Below, in pieces: positions 34,294 to 46,061 of a stretch of DNA of 64,000 nucleotides. The DNA is taken from NCBI GenBank assembly GCA_937625935.1, contig OW569369.1, positions 186,001-250,000 on the forward strand, written 5' to 3'. The DNA comes from Tetramitus jugosus (Eukaryota > Protista > Heterolobosea). How positions within the stretch are numbered: position 1 is the first letter of the stretch; each line of letters begins with the position of its first letter. Both the position numbers and the translations under genes were made by a program. Under the pieces are notes generated by a model. It was given only the letters and a program-made list of their open reading frames with translations, was not told the origin of the DNA and ran no database searches.

Positions 34294-34866
34294 ATGAACG
34301 CCGATCTGGAGAACCTGCATAACGAACAGTATAATGTGGATATAGGGACATCTTTTGATCAGTTTGATGAATCATTGTATCCCATAGAGCCTCTGCCTCA
34401 TGAAAAGTATATTCTTAATGATTTGTTCTTCCCGTGTGACCCTATGTTCTATTGACATCAATTTTGTGCGTAGGTACTCAAAGTCAGTGGTTGAATCAGA
34501 AGTGCTCAAGCTTTTGAACACTGAAATGGAAACTCAAAAGTATAACCCCGTGACATGTGCCCAAACATCGAAGGATCTCTGCAGTAAAATCTTGGCCAAG
34601 GTGAAGGAACTCGGTTACAAGAGATACAAGTTTGTTGTTCAGGTTGTTATTACGAGTAGTGCTGGCCAAGGTATACGTGTTGCTTCGAGGAGTCTTTGGG
34701 ATCCGGCCAAAGACAACTATTCCTCTGTAGTTTACAAGAATGTATGTGTGTTGTTGTCGTTCTAGCTGATGATGAATCTGATTTGAAATCTAACTACTTA
34801 CAATTCAACTCTGAACAGGCATCCCTCAAGGCAGTTGCGGTTGTGTTTGGTTGTTACTTTGAGTAA
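34294..34866 (+). CDS. Tctex-1 family dynein light chain (Tctex2/TCTEX1D2-like); exons 34294-34406, 34474-34741, 34819-34866
   Basis: KVKELGYKRYKFVVQVVI..GQGIRVASRSLWDPAKDNYSS...AVAVVFGCYFE*; two canonical introns. Confidence 0.9.
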
Positions 34867-35379
34867 AAACGATGGAGTTATCCTTAATCACACGCAACAG
34901 ATGCAATGAAAATGAACAAGTCTTGCTCGAAATGCATGGAAATTGAAACTTTATACAAGGCAAAAAGTGGACAATGCTTTACGCCAATCTCTTTTTCTCT
35001 TGAGCACTCTCTAGGAACGATCATCCTTGGTTGAACAATAAAAAGTCAAAAAAGTAGTCACGTTGTGACCTCTGATCGTTGTGAGTACCTACGACGCTTA
35101 TATATCTGTCATTTGCAGACAGATACTTGCGCAGGCCCAGCACCCATCCAGTGAGAAAGAGCAAATGACTGTGCAGTGTGGAACTAGTACATTAAGCGAC
35201 AATGTCTTCGCCATGCTTCCCCTACATGCATCTACTGCCACATGCCTACCCCACACACACAATATTTATGTACATATTCGGTTATAATTACTATTAAACA
35301 CATTATAGGACACTGACAAAACTTGGTAAGGAGCGCTAAAAAAGCTCCTCACCGTGGCACACATCACTTTTCGATGATG

Positions 35380-35480
35380 CTGATAAGGATGATGATAACG
35401 ACGATGATGATGATGATGATTGAAAACACTGTTTTTTCATCTCTCTCTCTTCGTCCTCTCTCTCTCTCTATATCTCTCTC
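35380..35480. repeat. (ATG)n and (CT)n microsatellites just downstream of the adjacent gene's stop codon (probable 3' UTR)
   Basis: gatgatgatgatgatgat and ctctctct tracts are directly visible. Confidence 0.7.
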
Positions 35481-35493
35481 CAATCTCCAAGAC

Positions 35494-36465
35494 TTAATGA
35501 ATAGGAGGACTAAAGTTGAAAATTCCCAATTCTACACCATTGTTCCCTGCTCTAAATGACCCGAGATTCACTGGTGTAGAACTGTAGTATTGGAATCGAT
35601 CATCACTACAAATCGGATTCTCGCTTCTCAGTGGTGGAGTAATTGACCTAATGTCCCACGATTGCGAATACTCTGATTCATGTTCATCGACATGACTGTG
35701 TTGATGAAAACCAAATGGTTGATAATCATCTTCAAACACATCACCGTCATCATCATCATCATTCTCACCATCTTCTTCTTCATACTCTGAATCTCCAGAA
35801 TAGGAATTTTCATCATCTTCTTCTTCTTCCTCCTCGTCATCATAGTCTTCATCATCTTCATCATCGTCTTCTTCATCTTGTTGATGATGACTCATTGCTG
35901 TTGTCTCCTGCTCAAACATTCTGTACATGGCAGCGTGATCAAACACACCTGGATGAGGAGAGAGAGCAACAGGTCTAGGCAACGGCGTATCTACAGTTGA
36001 AATGTGAATGGCTGTATAGTTTACACTCTCCATGGGAGTTGGCACACGCAGTACCATTGGTTGTGGCTTTACTTTAATGTTGAGATTGCTGTGATTGTGA
36101 GGCATCACTGGTGGAGTCTTGACTCCCATACTTCTCAAGTGATGTTGTTGTTGTTGTTGGTGATGCTGATGCTGATGAGCATCTTCTCCACTGAAAAACT
36201 TTGTCCGTTGTTCTTCAGTCACAGTGAGAGAAGGAGTAGAGGGAACGAGGTCACACAAATGAGAGGGAGCTTTAGGGGCATACATTTGAAACAAAATGTT
36301 TTGAATTTCAAATCCTGCCTTTAGCTCCACATCTTCTCTCGTGTTATGACTACTATTATTGTTGTTGTTGTTGCCATGATGATGATGATGATGACTAGAC
36401 ATGGAATTATCGCTATGATGAAGGGGAGAAAAGCACTGTTCTCTCATGAGTGCTGAAGCTTCCAT
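35494..36465 (-). CDS. Low-complexity (His/Asn/Gln, acidic) protein with a C-terminal PPxRxxNPxxxDxRF motif
   Basis: Open frame from ATG 36465; the only folded-looking part is ITPPLRSENPICSDDRF. Confidence 0.65.
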   Translation of the reverse strand: MEASALMREQCFSPLHHSDNSMSSHHHHHHGNNNNNNSSHNTREDVELKAGFEIQNILFQMYAPKAPSHLCDLVPSTPSLTVTEEQRTKFFSGEDAHQHQHHQQQQQHHLRSMGVKTPPVMPHNHSNLNIKVKPQPMVLRVPTPMESVNYTAIHISTVDTPLPRPVALSPHPGVFDHAAMYRMFEQETTAMSHHQQDEEDDDEDDEDYDDEEEEEEDDENSYSGDSEYEEEDGENDDDDDGDVFEDDYQPFGFHQHSHVDEHESEYSQSWDIRSITPPLRSENPICSDDRFQYYSSTPVNLGSFRAGNNGVELGIFNFSPPIH

Positions 36466-37971
36466 TGACAATCTTTTTTTTTTAGGTTGGTTGGTGGTTC
36501 GTGGTGGTAGTTGATGTGTTGGATTCGAATAAAGTCAACAACACGCAAAAAAGGGTACCCAAACAAGAGGAAAAAAAAATGTGCGTCAGAAAAAAAATGC
36601 TCCATTTCAAGTGCACCTCGGGAAGGGGGAAAAAAATGGGGTTTTCGACACTCAAATGCACGACTTGAGAGGCACGCGAGAACAACAACAAAAGATATCT
36701 GTGACTTACCTCTTCTGCTGAGGAGCAAATGGCGATGTTACACGAGTCGGAGTGGTAGGAAACATTGAATTCATTCCTATTCGATAGGGTATCGAATGAG
36801 TAGGAGATGGCGCAACAGAAGCTTTGACTGCTTTTGGTACGATTAGATGTTCCTGTTGTTGTTGGTGATGACTGTTGTTGGTTGCTGCTGTTGAAGCTTG
36901 GATGGAAATATTGGTTGGTCTCATGCTTCTGTATGTGGTTTTTTTTTTGCGAGTGGTGATGGGATTTTTTTTTGGGGGGGATAATAAAGAATGATGATGA
37001 TGTTTTTTTTTGGTCGATAGTCGTTGGTTTTGTACAAAGCTTTGTTGTTGTTGCTTGATGATGTTATTTGATGATTGGGAGCTCTTGTGGCTGCGTGGTG
37101 TGTGCGTCGGCTGATTTTGATGATTTGCCAAGAAGCGTGTTTTTTTCCATTGAAGCTTTTTTTTCCTGTGGCAGAGCATCCGCAGCGAGATGCGGTTTGA
37201 GCGAGAGGGGTTTAGGGGAAGTGAAATAACACAATATTCTTCGGAGTTCAACTGTTCCCCACAAAGTTGTTGTAGTGGGGTGTTTGTGGAGCGTGAGAGT
37301 ATGGTGTAAGTGCGATTGGTGTAGGAAGATCAATGGCCATCGAAAGTAGGAGGTCACGAACAACAGGACAGAACAACAGACATCTTCTACTTTAGTCTAA
37401 AATGGAGTGATATTTTAGATTTTAGGCTGAACTCCAGTTCAATTTCCACAAACACCAACCACACAAATCATCCATGTAAACCAACCTTGGCCTCTACTTT
37501 ACAAATGCTCACAACGGTTGACAAGCGCTCAACATCTTCAAGGTTACAATAGGGTTAATGTTTGACCTCCCTGATGATAGTCCGGGCAAAATACCAAACA
37601 GGAAACGGCTTCTCCGAAAGAGCGAAAAAGTATTTCTCTGTCGGCTCACCTACAACTGATACATTCTCGTGTCGGGTTTCACCCTGTGTGCGGCGAAAGA
37701 AATTATTGTCCAGCTAGAGTCAAAACCAATCACTAACGCTTCAACAGACAAGAAAAACTTTCATGTGAAAAAGAAATAGGTTTTTCTTGAACGTCGGATC
37801 AATTGTAAAAATGGGTTGACCTAGAGATCAGTCCTTCAAAAACTCCTCAAGGTGAAAAAGAAACGTTGTCCCACTGCAAATACACTCAACGAAACAAACA
37901 ACCAACAATCATTTCTCTGGCAAACAGATTCAAACCTCATACTCCATCCGACAAACATACGACAACCCAAT

Positions 37972-39417
37972 ATGAAGGTTCACTTTCTGATCGGTCTCAT
38001 TTTGCTCCTCGCATTATTGAACATCCAATTGACAACCAGTCAACAACAGTACCATCTGGTCAAAGTTCACACGTCTCTTCGCTTCTCGGAAAAATCCTGT
38101 GGAGTTGTTGTTCATGAAATTATTCAATACATTTTCGAACAAGGTGATGTTCGAAGAGTCATGAGACCTCTGTCTCACAAGTACATGTACCCCGGTGGTC
38201 AACTCACTGACTTGAAAGTGACTAGCTCCGACGTTCACATCAAATCGTTCCGAATTTTGTACAACTATAGTTCTACTGCTGTACCTGAACATGGGATGAC
38301 AAATATTGTAATGGACTTTGATCATTTGCCCGACAGAAGGCACATTGTATCATTTGATTTGAGATATCACATCTCACAAGGAGCTCTGATGGCTGATGCA
38401 TCCAAGCCTGAGAGCACCATCACTTGGAGTTATCCATGGAATCATGAAATTGATGAAGTCTATCTCAGTGTTCATCTGCCGAGTGACACTCACGTGGTGA
38501 AAACTTTTCCAAAGGGTGATGTTTTCGTGGCTCCTGAATTAGCTGTGGCAATGAAGAGACAGATCAAGGCCGAAGATCACTATTACGCTCAAGTGACTGT
38601 ATCAAACAACGGAAAGTTCACAAATTGGAAGCTGTGTGAACCAAGGTCGGTCGCCATGAAAAAAGCAGTATCTGAGTTGACCGTTGACACAGAGAAATGT
38701 GTTGTAAAGGTCATTGAAAACATCGATTACAAGTTCAGAAGCAATGTCACACATGCTTATCGTCCAATTCCTCATCAATTGGCTAAAGGAACAAAGATTA
38801 CCAATTTGGACGTTGAGAGTCTAACACCTGGAGTGACAATCAAGAAAAAATCAACCAAACTCTCCAAGTATCACCACGGAACGTTCATTGGATGGGAATT
38901 TGATGGACTTCACACCGGATATAAGGACGTCACATTTGCATTGACTTACTTGATTGAAGGCGCTTTGAGAACCAAGGGACCTCACACCGAGCTTCACTGG
39001 TCCTTCAACTTTTCTCGTCCAATCGGGGAGGTGAAGACGATATTCCACGTGCCAGAGGTTCAACCAGTCGATGATATCAAAGCCTATCCAGCATCCGATT
39101 CAAAGGTAGAATCAGGTCGCATCGAATTCACAAAGAAAGACATAAAGGCACACAAGGCCTACGACATTAACATTTGTATGCCGAGCAGAGTCGGAAAATG
39201 GGATAAGTGCAATGCCGTTGCATCAAAGAATCATGTTGCTCGAAAGGTGTTTGGAGCGATTGTTGTTCTTGCAGTTCTCCTAATGTTGTTTGGTGGATCC
39301 GTGTGGTTAGCCCTCAAGAGAAAACCAGAGTTCATTTTCCGCAACAGGTTCACTACCAAATATCTTCTAAGAGATGACTATGCAAACGTTCCAGATTATC
39401 AAACTACTTCAGCTTAA
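37972..39417 (+). CDS. Type I membrane protein with two tandem DUF2207-like beta-rich ectodomains
   Basis: Signal peptide from ATG 37972; internal duplication (CGVVVHEIIQYIF..RPLSH / CVVKVIENIDYKF..RPIPH); TM helix VFGAIVVLAVLLMLFGGSVWLAL; Tyr-containing cytosolic tail. Confidence 0.75.
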   Translation: MKVHFLIGLILLLALLNIQLTTSQQQYHLVKVHTSLRFSEKSCGVVVHEIIQYIFEQGDVRRVMRPLSHKYMYPGGQLTDLKVTSSDVHIKSFRILYNYSSTAVPEHGMTNIVMDFDHLPDRRHIVSFDLRYHISQGALMADASKPESTITWSYPWNHEIDEVYLSVHLPSDTHVVKTFPKGDVFVAPELAVAMKRQIKAEDHYYAQVTVSNNGKFTNWKLCEPRSVAMKKAVSELTVDTEKCVVKVIENIDYKFRSNVTHAYRPIPHQLAKGTKITNLDVESLTPGVTIKKKSTKLSKYHHGTFIGWEFDGLHTGYKDVTFALTYLIEGALRTKGPHTELHWSFNFSRPIGEVKTIFHVPEVQPVDDIKAYPASDSKVESGRIEFTKKDIKAHKAYDINICMPSRVGKWDKCNAVASKNHVARKVFGAIVVLAVLLMLFGGSVWLALKRKPEFIFRNRFTTKYLLRDDYANVPDYQTTSA

Positions 39418-39423
39418 GAAGAA

Positions 39424-39470
39424 TGTAAAAACATATTGTATTTTTTTCAAAGTTGTAAAAACATATTGTA
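39424..39470. repeat. Short direct repeat TGTAAAAACATATTGTA x2 between convergent stop codons
   Basis: Two identical 17-mers about 30 bp apart. Confidence 0.6.
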
Positions 39471-39500
39471 AGTTTTTCGAAGTCAACATGATCTTGTTCT

Positions 39501-40596
39501 TTACTTTGTTTGTACACAATATACTTTTCCATCCCCACCACCCAGAGCACAGAGCTGACTATCACTCGAGAAGGAAACACAATAGACTGCCTTTTCGAGC
39601 CCAGTTACACCACCGACCTTTTTGCATCCCTCTGTTGTGAATAATTTTGCCTCGTTCGCACCGCTTCCACCGGCCGCAATTAAGGATCCATTTACATCAT
39701 TGAACTGTGCTGTATAGAGATTACATTTCGCCTCGGCGGCAATATCAACTGGATACTTGATATCGTCTATTAGTTTTCCAGTTCCAAAGTCCCATAATTG
39801 TAGTTGATTGTTGGGTCTCCAGGAGCCAGTAAGAACTGTTCCATTCTTGTCGATATCGAGAGCATCGCCACAAATATGCGGACCAAATATTCTTCTAACA
39901 GCATGTTCAACCCTCGTATCCCATATTTGCACAGTACTATCCCATCCTCCAGACATCAGTAGGTTGGGATCCGTAGGATGGAACTTTAGTGCAAATATTC
40001 GATTTGTGTGTCCCGCTGTAGTGAAACCATTACCTCCCATCATCGTACTCACTAAAGTTTTTGAAGTTTCATCATATATTCTAACATGAAAGTCTCTTCC
40101 AGCAGTGGCAAACAATTTGCCATCGTTGGAAAAGTCGACGGCATATGCTTGATTTCCCTCTTCGACGATGGAGTGCAGCAACTTACCAGAGGTAGCATGC
40201 CAGTGTTGAACCACTCCACCTGATCCGGCACATAGCACAATATTCTTGGACCTAGAGTCAGCCCTTTCTGGTCGGAACCGCAGAGATGTAACTGGAAATT
40301 TCAGCTCCGAGTTGCCTCCAGTGTTCCATTGATACATCATCCTTCCGTTGGAAGCACTATACACCTTTAGAGAACCATCTCCTCCTCCAACAACTAGCAA
40401 TCCATCGTCTGGAGAGAATCTTAGACAAAAAATCTCGGTATCAAAGTCTCTTTGAGTCATTGAAACAAGATTGCGCAAGGTAGGACAATGTTAAGAATTG
40501 AAATCACTTCAAGAAAAAGGAACAAAGAATTACTTACGATACGCAGTACTTAAGAGTATAGGAGGCACTCTGAGGATCGAATTGTCTTCTGTTCAT
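39501..40596 (-). CDS. WD40-repeat protein; exons 40596-40538 and 40449-39501
   Basis: About seven WD40 repeats (GHTNRIFALKFHP..SGGWDSTVQIWD); GTAAGT..AAG intron at 40537-40450. Confidence 0.88.
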
Positions 40597-40604
40597 TATT
40601 CCTA

Positions 40605-40641
40605 TGGTAGTTGCGAGTTTAGCTTCTGATTGCAACTACCA
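40605..40641. promoter_or_regulatory. 10-bp inverted repeat TGGTAGTTGC-N17-GCAACTACCA in a divergent promoter
   Basis: Perfect inverted repeat inside the 166-bp gap between the WD40 and CCDC24-like start codons; regulatory function is inferred. Confidence 0.4.
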
Positions 40642-40762
40642 GTTAGGCGCAGAAATCAAATCTACGAACCAGGAAATGGCGCCATTGTGTTTCCGAATCG
40701 ACAATTCATTAACAAATTTCTATGTTTTAACACAACTAGAGACTCTTGATCAAGGAAAGTGA

Positions 40763-42101
40763 ATGATGATGAATGATATCAATAAAGCTGAATGTCCTTT
40801 GGACGATTCAGTTAGTGAAACTCAAAGTTGGTACTCAGAGTTCACCAAGGTGCCTGAAGTTTATCAACTACAGGTAAGAGATAGTGTTTGGGATCAGGTT
40901 CAAAGTTATTTGGATCCAAACGAAATCGACTTTGTCCGGAGAGAGATTGGAAATCAACTAATCCAAGAAAATGAAGATTTAATGAGTGAAATGAAAGCTC
41001 TTATCGATATTTTACACCATTTTCGGTTCGAGAATGAAAAAAGTTTGGAAAGAATAGAGAATATAAAGACGAATCTTCATAATGCCGCGAGTATGAGGTT
41101 GTTGAAACAACATATAGGTACTTTAGCAACCTCTTTGCAAGGCAGAGCCAAAGAAAGAGGGAAAATGCGCTTAGATAAACTATTTACTTCAGAGAGAGAA
41201 AGAGCTGTGTGTAAGTTGTTGAAGTATATTGTAAGATATGAGAGATATGAGTGTTCAAGTGAATATTAACAATTTTTGTCGTTTGAAAAACAGTTCACTT
41301 CGTCATGGAGCCATCCGTGCAAAAGGGGCCTCTCTCTGCTAAATCTTGCTCTAGACCATCAACTGGTTCTTCTTGTGACAGCCGATCATCTAATACTTCG
41401 ATGAATAGTGTGGAATCTCTCGATATAGAACAACTTAAACCGAATCTTAACTTTTTTAACATCGACGAAGTCGTGGTTCAACTTCGGGAGACATTAACTC
41501 AAGAAAAGATTGCTCTGTATGAAGATATCGAGTATGTTAGAGAGCTACTAGAGGAAGAATATCGATTTGAGAGAGAGTAAGTGTCTTATGGTTGTATTTA
41601 TTGGTGTTTATTGTTTGGACAGCATCGAGTAACCTTGTTTCGCCATGTAGAACATGTGAATTTAAACCACCATCCGAAAGGGAAATTCGAGAATTAGAAT
41701 CCAAACTCAACAAGGAGATAGAAAAGGAAGAAGCAAAGAAACTGCTGAACAAGACAACAGAAGTTGTTAAGAGTATGTTTCCACTTTTCCAGAGAATCCT
41801 GAAGAAATCTAGCTAATCTAACCTTTGCTTCGTATTACCAGAGCTTAAACCAATAGGAGAAGCTGTCAATACCAAACCAAACTCAAGTTTCTCCAAACTC
41901 AGAGATCCCAGAGAGCGTTCAGCATCTCAAGAACCCAGACAACTTTCAGCACCCAGCACACAAGATGAAGTGGTGTGCGTGCGCAAAACATCGTCAGTTC
42001 TTCGGTTAAGGGATACTGTGAGTCAATCTCGGGAAGTGGTCAGCACGAAGCGAGTGGACTTGTTCAAGCACGCATGGACCGAAAGCAATGACAAGAGATG
42101 A
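40763..42101 (+). CDS. CCDC24: CCDC24-like coiled-coil protein; exons 40763-41210, 41294-41576, 41651-41772, 41842-42101
   Basis: SVWDQVQSYLDPNEIDFVRREIG..L..E..AL..IL, IDEVVVQLRETL..E..AL.EDIEY, PSEREIRE; three canonical in-phase introns. Confidence 0.6.
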
Positions 42102-42142
42102 AGAGAAACAAGTTGTACAAAAATGAATTATTTATCAACACT

Positions 42143-44077
42143 TTACTTCTCAGTGTATTGAGCATCTTGAGTGCCTTCGGATGATTGGTTGCCGCTTGAA
42201 GAGTTGTTCATTTGCTTTCTGTAAGCAGCTTCAGCGAGCTTAGCTTGGGTAGCCTTCAATTGGTCCAAAGAGGTCTTCAAAGCATCAACATCGTCGTTTT
42301 GCATGGCGTCACGGACAGCTTGGATTTGAGATGTGGCAGCATCCTTGTCACCTGCGTTGGCTTGGTCACCAAGGTCCTTGATGTGAGTCTCAGCCAGATG
42401 GATGGTGGTCTCAGCGTCATTCTTAGTCTCAACGAGCTCCTTTCTCTTCTTATCTTCTTCAGCAAACTTTTGAGCTTCTTCAACCATTCTGTTGATTTGG
42501 TCATCAGACAAACCAGAGCTAGATTGAATGGTGATTTGTTGTTCCTTTCCGGTGGCCTTATCCTTGGCGGACACATTCACAATACCGTTAGCATCGATAT
42601 CGAAAGCAACTTCAATTTGAGGAACACCTCTTGGTGCTGGAGGAACACCAACCAATTCGAATTGACCCAACAACTTGTTGTGAGCAGCAATTTCTCTTTC
42701 ACCTTGGTAAACCTTGATACCGACTTGAGTTTGGTTGTCAGCAGCAGTGGAGAAGACTTGAGCCTTCTTGGTTGGGATAGTAGAGTTTCTAGGAATCAAA
42801 CGAGTGAAGACACCTCCCAAAGTCTCAATACCAAGAGACAATGGAGTGACGTCCAACAAGAGCAAGTCATTGACATCACCGCCCAAGACACCACCTTGAA
42901 TAGCAGCACCCATGGCAACAACCTCATCAGGGTTGACACCCTTGGATGGTTGCTTTCCGAAGAAGTCAGTAACAACCTTTTGGACCTTTGGTACTCTGGT
43001 CATACCACCAACGAGGACAACTTCGTTAATTTCCTTTGGTGTAATACCGGCATCCTTGAGGCACTTCTTGCAAGGCTCAAGAGTACGCTTGATCAACTCA
43101 TCAGTCAATTGTTCAAACTTGGCACGAGTAAGGGTGACCATCAAGTTCTTTGGTCCAGAGGCATCAACAGTGATGAATGGAAGACCAATTTCAGTGGATG
43201 TAGTGGAAGACAATTCAATCTTTGCCTTTTCAGAAGCTTCCTTGACTCTTTGCAGGGCCATAGGGTCCTTGCTGATATCAATGCCCTCAGCCTTCTTGAA
43301 TTCGCTCAAGACGTATTCGACCAAAACTTGGTCAAAGTCCTCACCACCCAAGAAAGTATCACCATTGGTGGCCTTGACTTCAAAGACACCATCTTGAATT
43401 TCAAGAGCAGAAACATCAAATGTACCACCACCCAAGTCAAAGACGACAATGGTTCCTTGCTTAGCCTTGCTCAAACCATAAGCCAAAGCAGCAGCAGTAG
43501 GTTCATTGAGAATTCTCTTAACGTCCAAACCGGCAATCTTACCAGCATCCTTTGTGGCTTGTCTTTGAGAATCGTTAAAGTAGGCAGGAACAGTGACGAC
43601 AGCTTGAGTCACAGTGTCTCCCAAGAAACCTTCAGCAGTTTCCTTCATCTTTGTTAGGATCATAGCACCAACCTCGGATGGAGAGTAAGACTTGTCACCA
43701 GCCTTCAACCAGGCATCACCATTTGGAGCTCTGACAATTTCATAGGAAACGAGCTTGGATTCCTTTTGGGTCATAGGGTCATCAAATCTTCTACCAATCA
43801 GACGCTTGGATGCGTACAATGTGTTCTTTGGGTTGGTAACAGCTTGTCTCTTGGCCAATGAACCAACAAGTCTTTCACCATTCTTGTCAAAAGCAACATA
43901 TGAAGGTGTAGTTCTCATACCCTCACTGTTTTCAATGACTCTTGGCTCAGCACCTTCCATGACGGCGACACAAGAGTTGGTCGTTCCTAGATCGATACCA
44001 ATAATTTTATTGGAGGCATAGGATCTGATTTGATGTTTTCTAGATAGGATAGAACGGAGTTGTCTGCTTGCGAGCAT
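42143..44077 (-). CDS. HSPA9: Mitochondrial Hsp70 (DnaK-type)
   Basis: Presequence ending in RSY/A; [14 protein letters not shown], the GDAW signature, [21 protein letters not shown]. Confidence 0.96.
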   Translation of the reverse strand: MLASRQLRSILSRKHQIRSYASNKIIGIDLGTTNSCVAVMEGAEPRVIENSEGMRTTPSYVAFDKNGERLVGSLAKRQAVTNPKNTLYASKRLIGRRFDDPMTQKESKLVSYEIVRAPNGDAWLKAGDKSYSPSEVGAMILTKMKETAEGFLGDTVTQAVVTVPAYFNDSQRQATKDAGKIAGLDVKRILNEPTAAALAYGLSKAKQGTIVVFDLGGGTFDVSALEIQDGVFEVKATNGDTFLGGEDFDQVLVEYVLSEFKKAEGIDISKDPMALQRVKEASEKAKIELSSTTSTEIGLPFITVDASGPKNLMVTLTRAKFEQLTDELIKRTLEPCKKCLKDAGITPKEINEVVLVGGMTRVPKVQKVVTDFFGKQPSKGVNPDEVVAMGAAIQGGVLGGDVNDLLLLDVTPLSLGIETLGGVFTRLIPRNSTIPTKKAQVFSTAADNQTQVGIKVYQGEREIAAHNKLLGQFELVGVPPAPRGVPQIEVAFDIDANGIVNVSAKDKATGKEQQITIQSSSGLSDDQINRMVEEAQKFAEEDKKRKELVETKNDAETTIHLAETHIKDLGDQANAGDKDAATSQIQAVRDAMQNDDVDALKTSLDQLKATQAKLAEAAYRKQMNNSSSGNQSSEGTQDAQYTEK

Positions 44078-44552
44078 TGTTGTTGTTGTTGTTATTGTTG
44101 TTGTTGATGGGTTTGTTGTGATTGAGTTTTTTTGAAGCTTGCTCGGTGTGTGAAGAAAAATAGTGGTGCGGCCACCACACCGTATGAGTGGAAATTTTTT
44201 AACACACGTTTTCGCGCTGACCATTGATCATCCGAACGGAATCGGAAAATTCTCGGTGGAGGTTTGTTTGAAGCGGACACTTGTCGTGAGAGATGCATGA
44301 AATATGCAATGCATCCTCTGTTTCCCAGTTGAAACTAGAGTTGCATTGGCTCGTTGTGTTCATGGTGGGATCAGTCGACCGGAAATTGTGTTTACAATGA
44401 AAGGGCGGATAAACATTATTCAACTTGTTGGGTGAAAGGGATCAATAATATCTCCTACCACTGCGGAAATTCGTGCGGGATTTTAGGACCGAGCGCCAAA
44501 ATTGCCCAAAACACAATCGCGCAACAAAACCACAAGCTTTTCACCTCCAACA

Positions 44553-45464
44553 ATGTTGCGCTGCACCAAGCTTTCACATTTTCGATCCACCATCAAATCC
44601 TCCAATCGCACCATCATTTGCCACACTTCATCATGCCTTGTCAATAATAACAACATTTCGATCTCAAGCTTCCGTACTTTTGCATCATTGCCACAAAAGC
44701 GCCATCTGATCATCCAACCTACGCTGAAAAATTTCAACACTAACACTAACAACCACGCACACAACATCACCACCACTCTTCAGCAACAACAACAACAGAG
44801 AAACGTGTTTATTCAAACAGCTGAAACTCCAAATCCAGCCAGTGTAAAATTCTTACCTGGAGTACCAGTGCTCGAAGCCGATAAAACGGGTGGAGTCACT
44901 AGTGCCAACTTTAATTCCCCGCTCGAGGCCTACCGATCTCCATTGGCCAAAGCACTGTTCAAAGTCGATGGTGTCAAGGGCGTGTTCCTCGGTCACAATT
45001 TCATTACAGTTACGCTCGATCTAGAAAAGTACGAGTGGACAGACATGTACACTTTTATTTATGAGGCCATTACTTCGTTTTATCAATCAGGAAAGCCCGC
45101 TTTGCAACCCGATGCAGAGCAGAACAAGGATACGGCGTTGCAGGACGACGACGATGAAATTATTATTGCAATCAAGGAAATTTTGGAGACAAAGGTGAGA
45201 CCAATGGTGCAAGAAGATGGAGGTGATGTTGTTTTTATCAAGTTTGAGGACGGAATCGTGTATTTGCAGCTCCAGGGCAGTTGTACGAGTTGCCCTAGCT
45301 CTACCATTACACTCAAGCACGGTATAGAGAACATGATGATGCATTATGTGCCAGAAGTGGAAGAAGTTCGGCAGTGGGAATCAGAGGTCGATGAAGCCTC
45401 AAATGAACAATTGAAAAAATTGGAAGACAAGAATGGTATTATTCACAACAAACAGGAAGAATAA
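44553..45464 (+). CDS. NFU1: Mitochondrial Fe-S cluster carrier NFU1
   Basis: FIQTAETPNPASVKFLPG, RPMVQEDGGD, GSCTSCPSSTITLKHGIENMMMHYVPEV; long presequence. Confidence 0.95.
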   Translation: MLRCTKLSHFRSTIKSSNRTIICHTSSCLVNNNNISISSFRTFASLPQKRHLIIQPTLKNFNTNTNNHAHNITTTLQQQQQQRNVFIQTAETPNPASVKFLPGVPVLEADKTGGVTSANFNSPLEAYRSPLAKALFKVDGVKGVFLGHNFITVTLDLEKYEWTDMYTFIYEAITSFYQSGKPALQPDAEQNKDTALQDDDDEIIIAIKEILETKVRPMVQEDGGDVVFIKFEDGIVYLQLQGSCTSCPSSTITLKHGIENMMMHYVPEVEEVRQWESEVDEASNEQLKKLEDKNGIIHNKQEE

Positions 45465-45562
45465 CCAACAGTGGGCCTACTATCATCCATTACTGAATAC
45501 AATACACAACACAGTCGGATGACAAATATTATTTCTTGTGTCGTTTACAAAAAAAGCAAAAT

Positions 45563-45907
45563 TTATTCTACAATGATTCCTTGGTTCTCAATCTCTGTCA
45601 GCAATTGTTGCGCAGTTTGATATTCTTCTGATTGTTGGTCTTCAACAGCTGTAATCTGGACGAGAGCTGACTTGAGGTCCTTGTATGCAGCTTGAACCTT
45701 GTTCTTGCAGTATGGGATCATTTGAGATGTTTCATCGACCACAGTCTTTTGTTGTCGCAGTCGAAGCTCTTCTATTCCTTCTTCTTGCATCTTTTGGTAT
45801 CGCTCTTGTTCTTGGACTTCTTCCTTGAAGTAGGACAAGTATTCTTTGAGGAGTCTGGAGCATGAACCAGTCTTGATTTTCAGTTGTTTCTTTGCTTGGT
45901 CTGACAT
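45563..45907 (-). CDS. TBCA: Tubulin-binding cofactor A
   Basis: KQLKIKTGSCSRLLKEYLSYFKE...QQKTVVDETSQMIP. Confidence 0.92.
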   Translation of the reverse strand: MSDQAKKQLKIKTGSCSRLLKEYLSYFKEEVQEQERYQKMQEEGIEELRLRQQKTVVDETSQMIPYCKNKVQAAYKDLKSALVQITAVEDQQSEEYQTAQQLLTEIENQGIIVE

Positions 45908-46061
45908 GTTTGTATGAATGTGGTGTGTCTGTGTATTTGGAAAGTTGTTCTGTGTGTTTCTATGCCAGAGAGAAGGTTGAAGCTTCCTGGTTTACGAAGA
46001 ATCGTATTTGGGCGCCAAAAAACAACAAATTCCTCCGCATGAGATAACATTAATTGCTTAT

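Noticed and set aside
36706-37251. 181-aa low-complexity ORF
   Set aside because: Non-ATG start; derives from homopolymer and triplet runs typical of UTR or intergenic DNA.
39424-39470. Direct repeats considered as a CRISPR-like array
   Set aside because: Only two AT-rich copies, eukaryotic context, no cas genes.
42212-43657. 481-aa ORF antisense to mtHsp70
   Set aside because: Long antisense ORFs opposite hsp70/dnaK are a well-known by-product of codon bias; it has no independent motifs.
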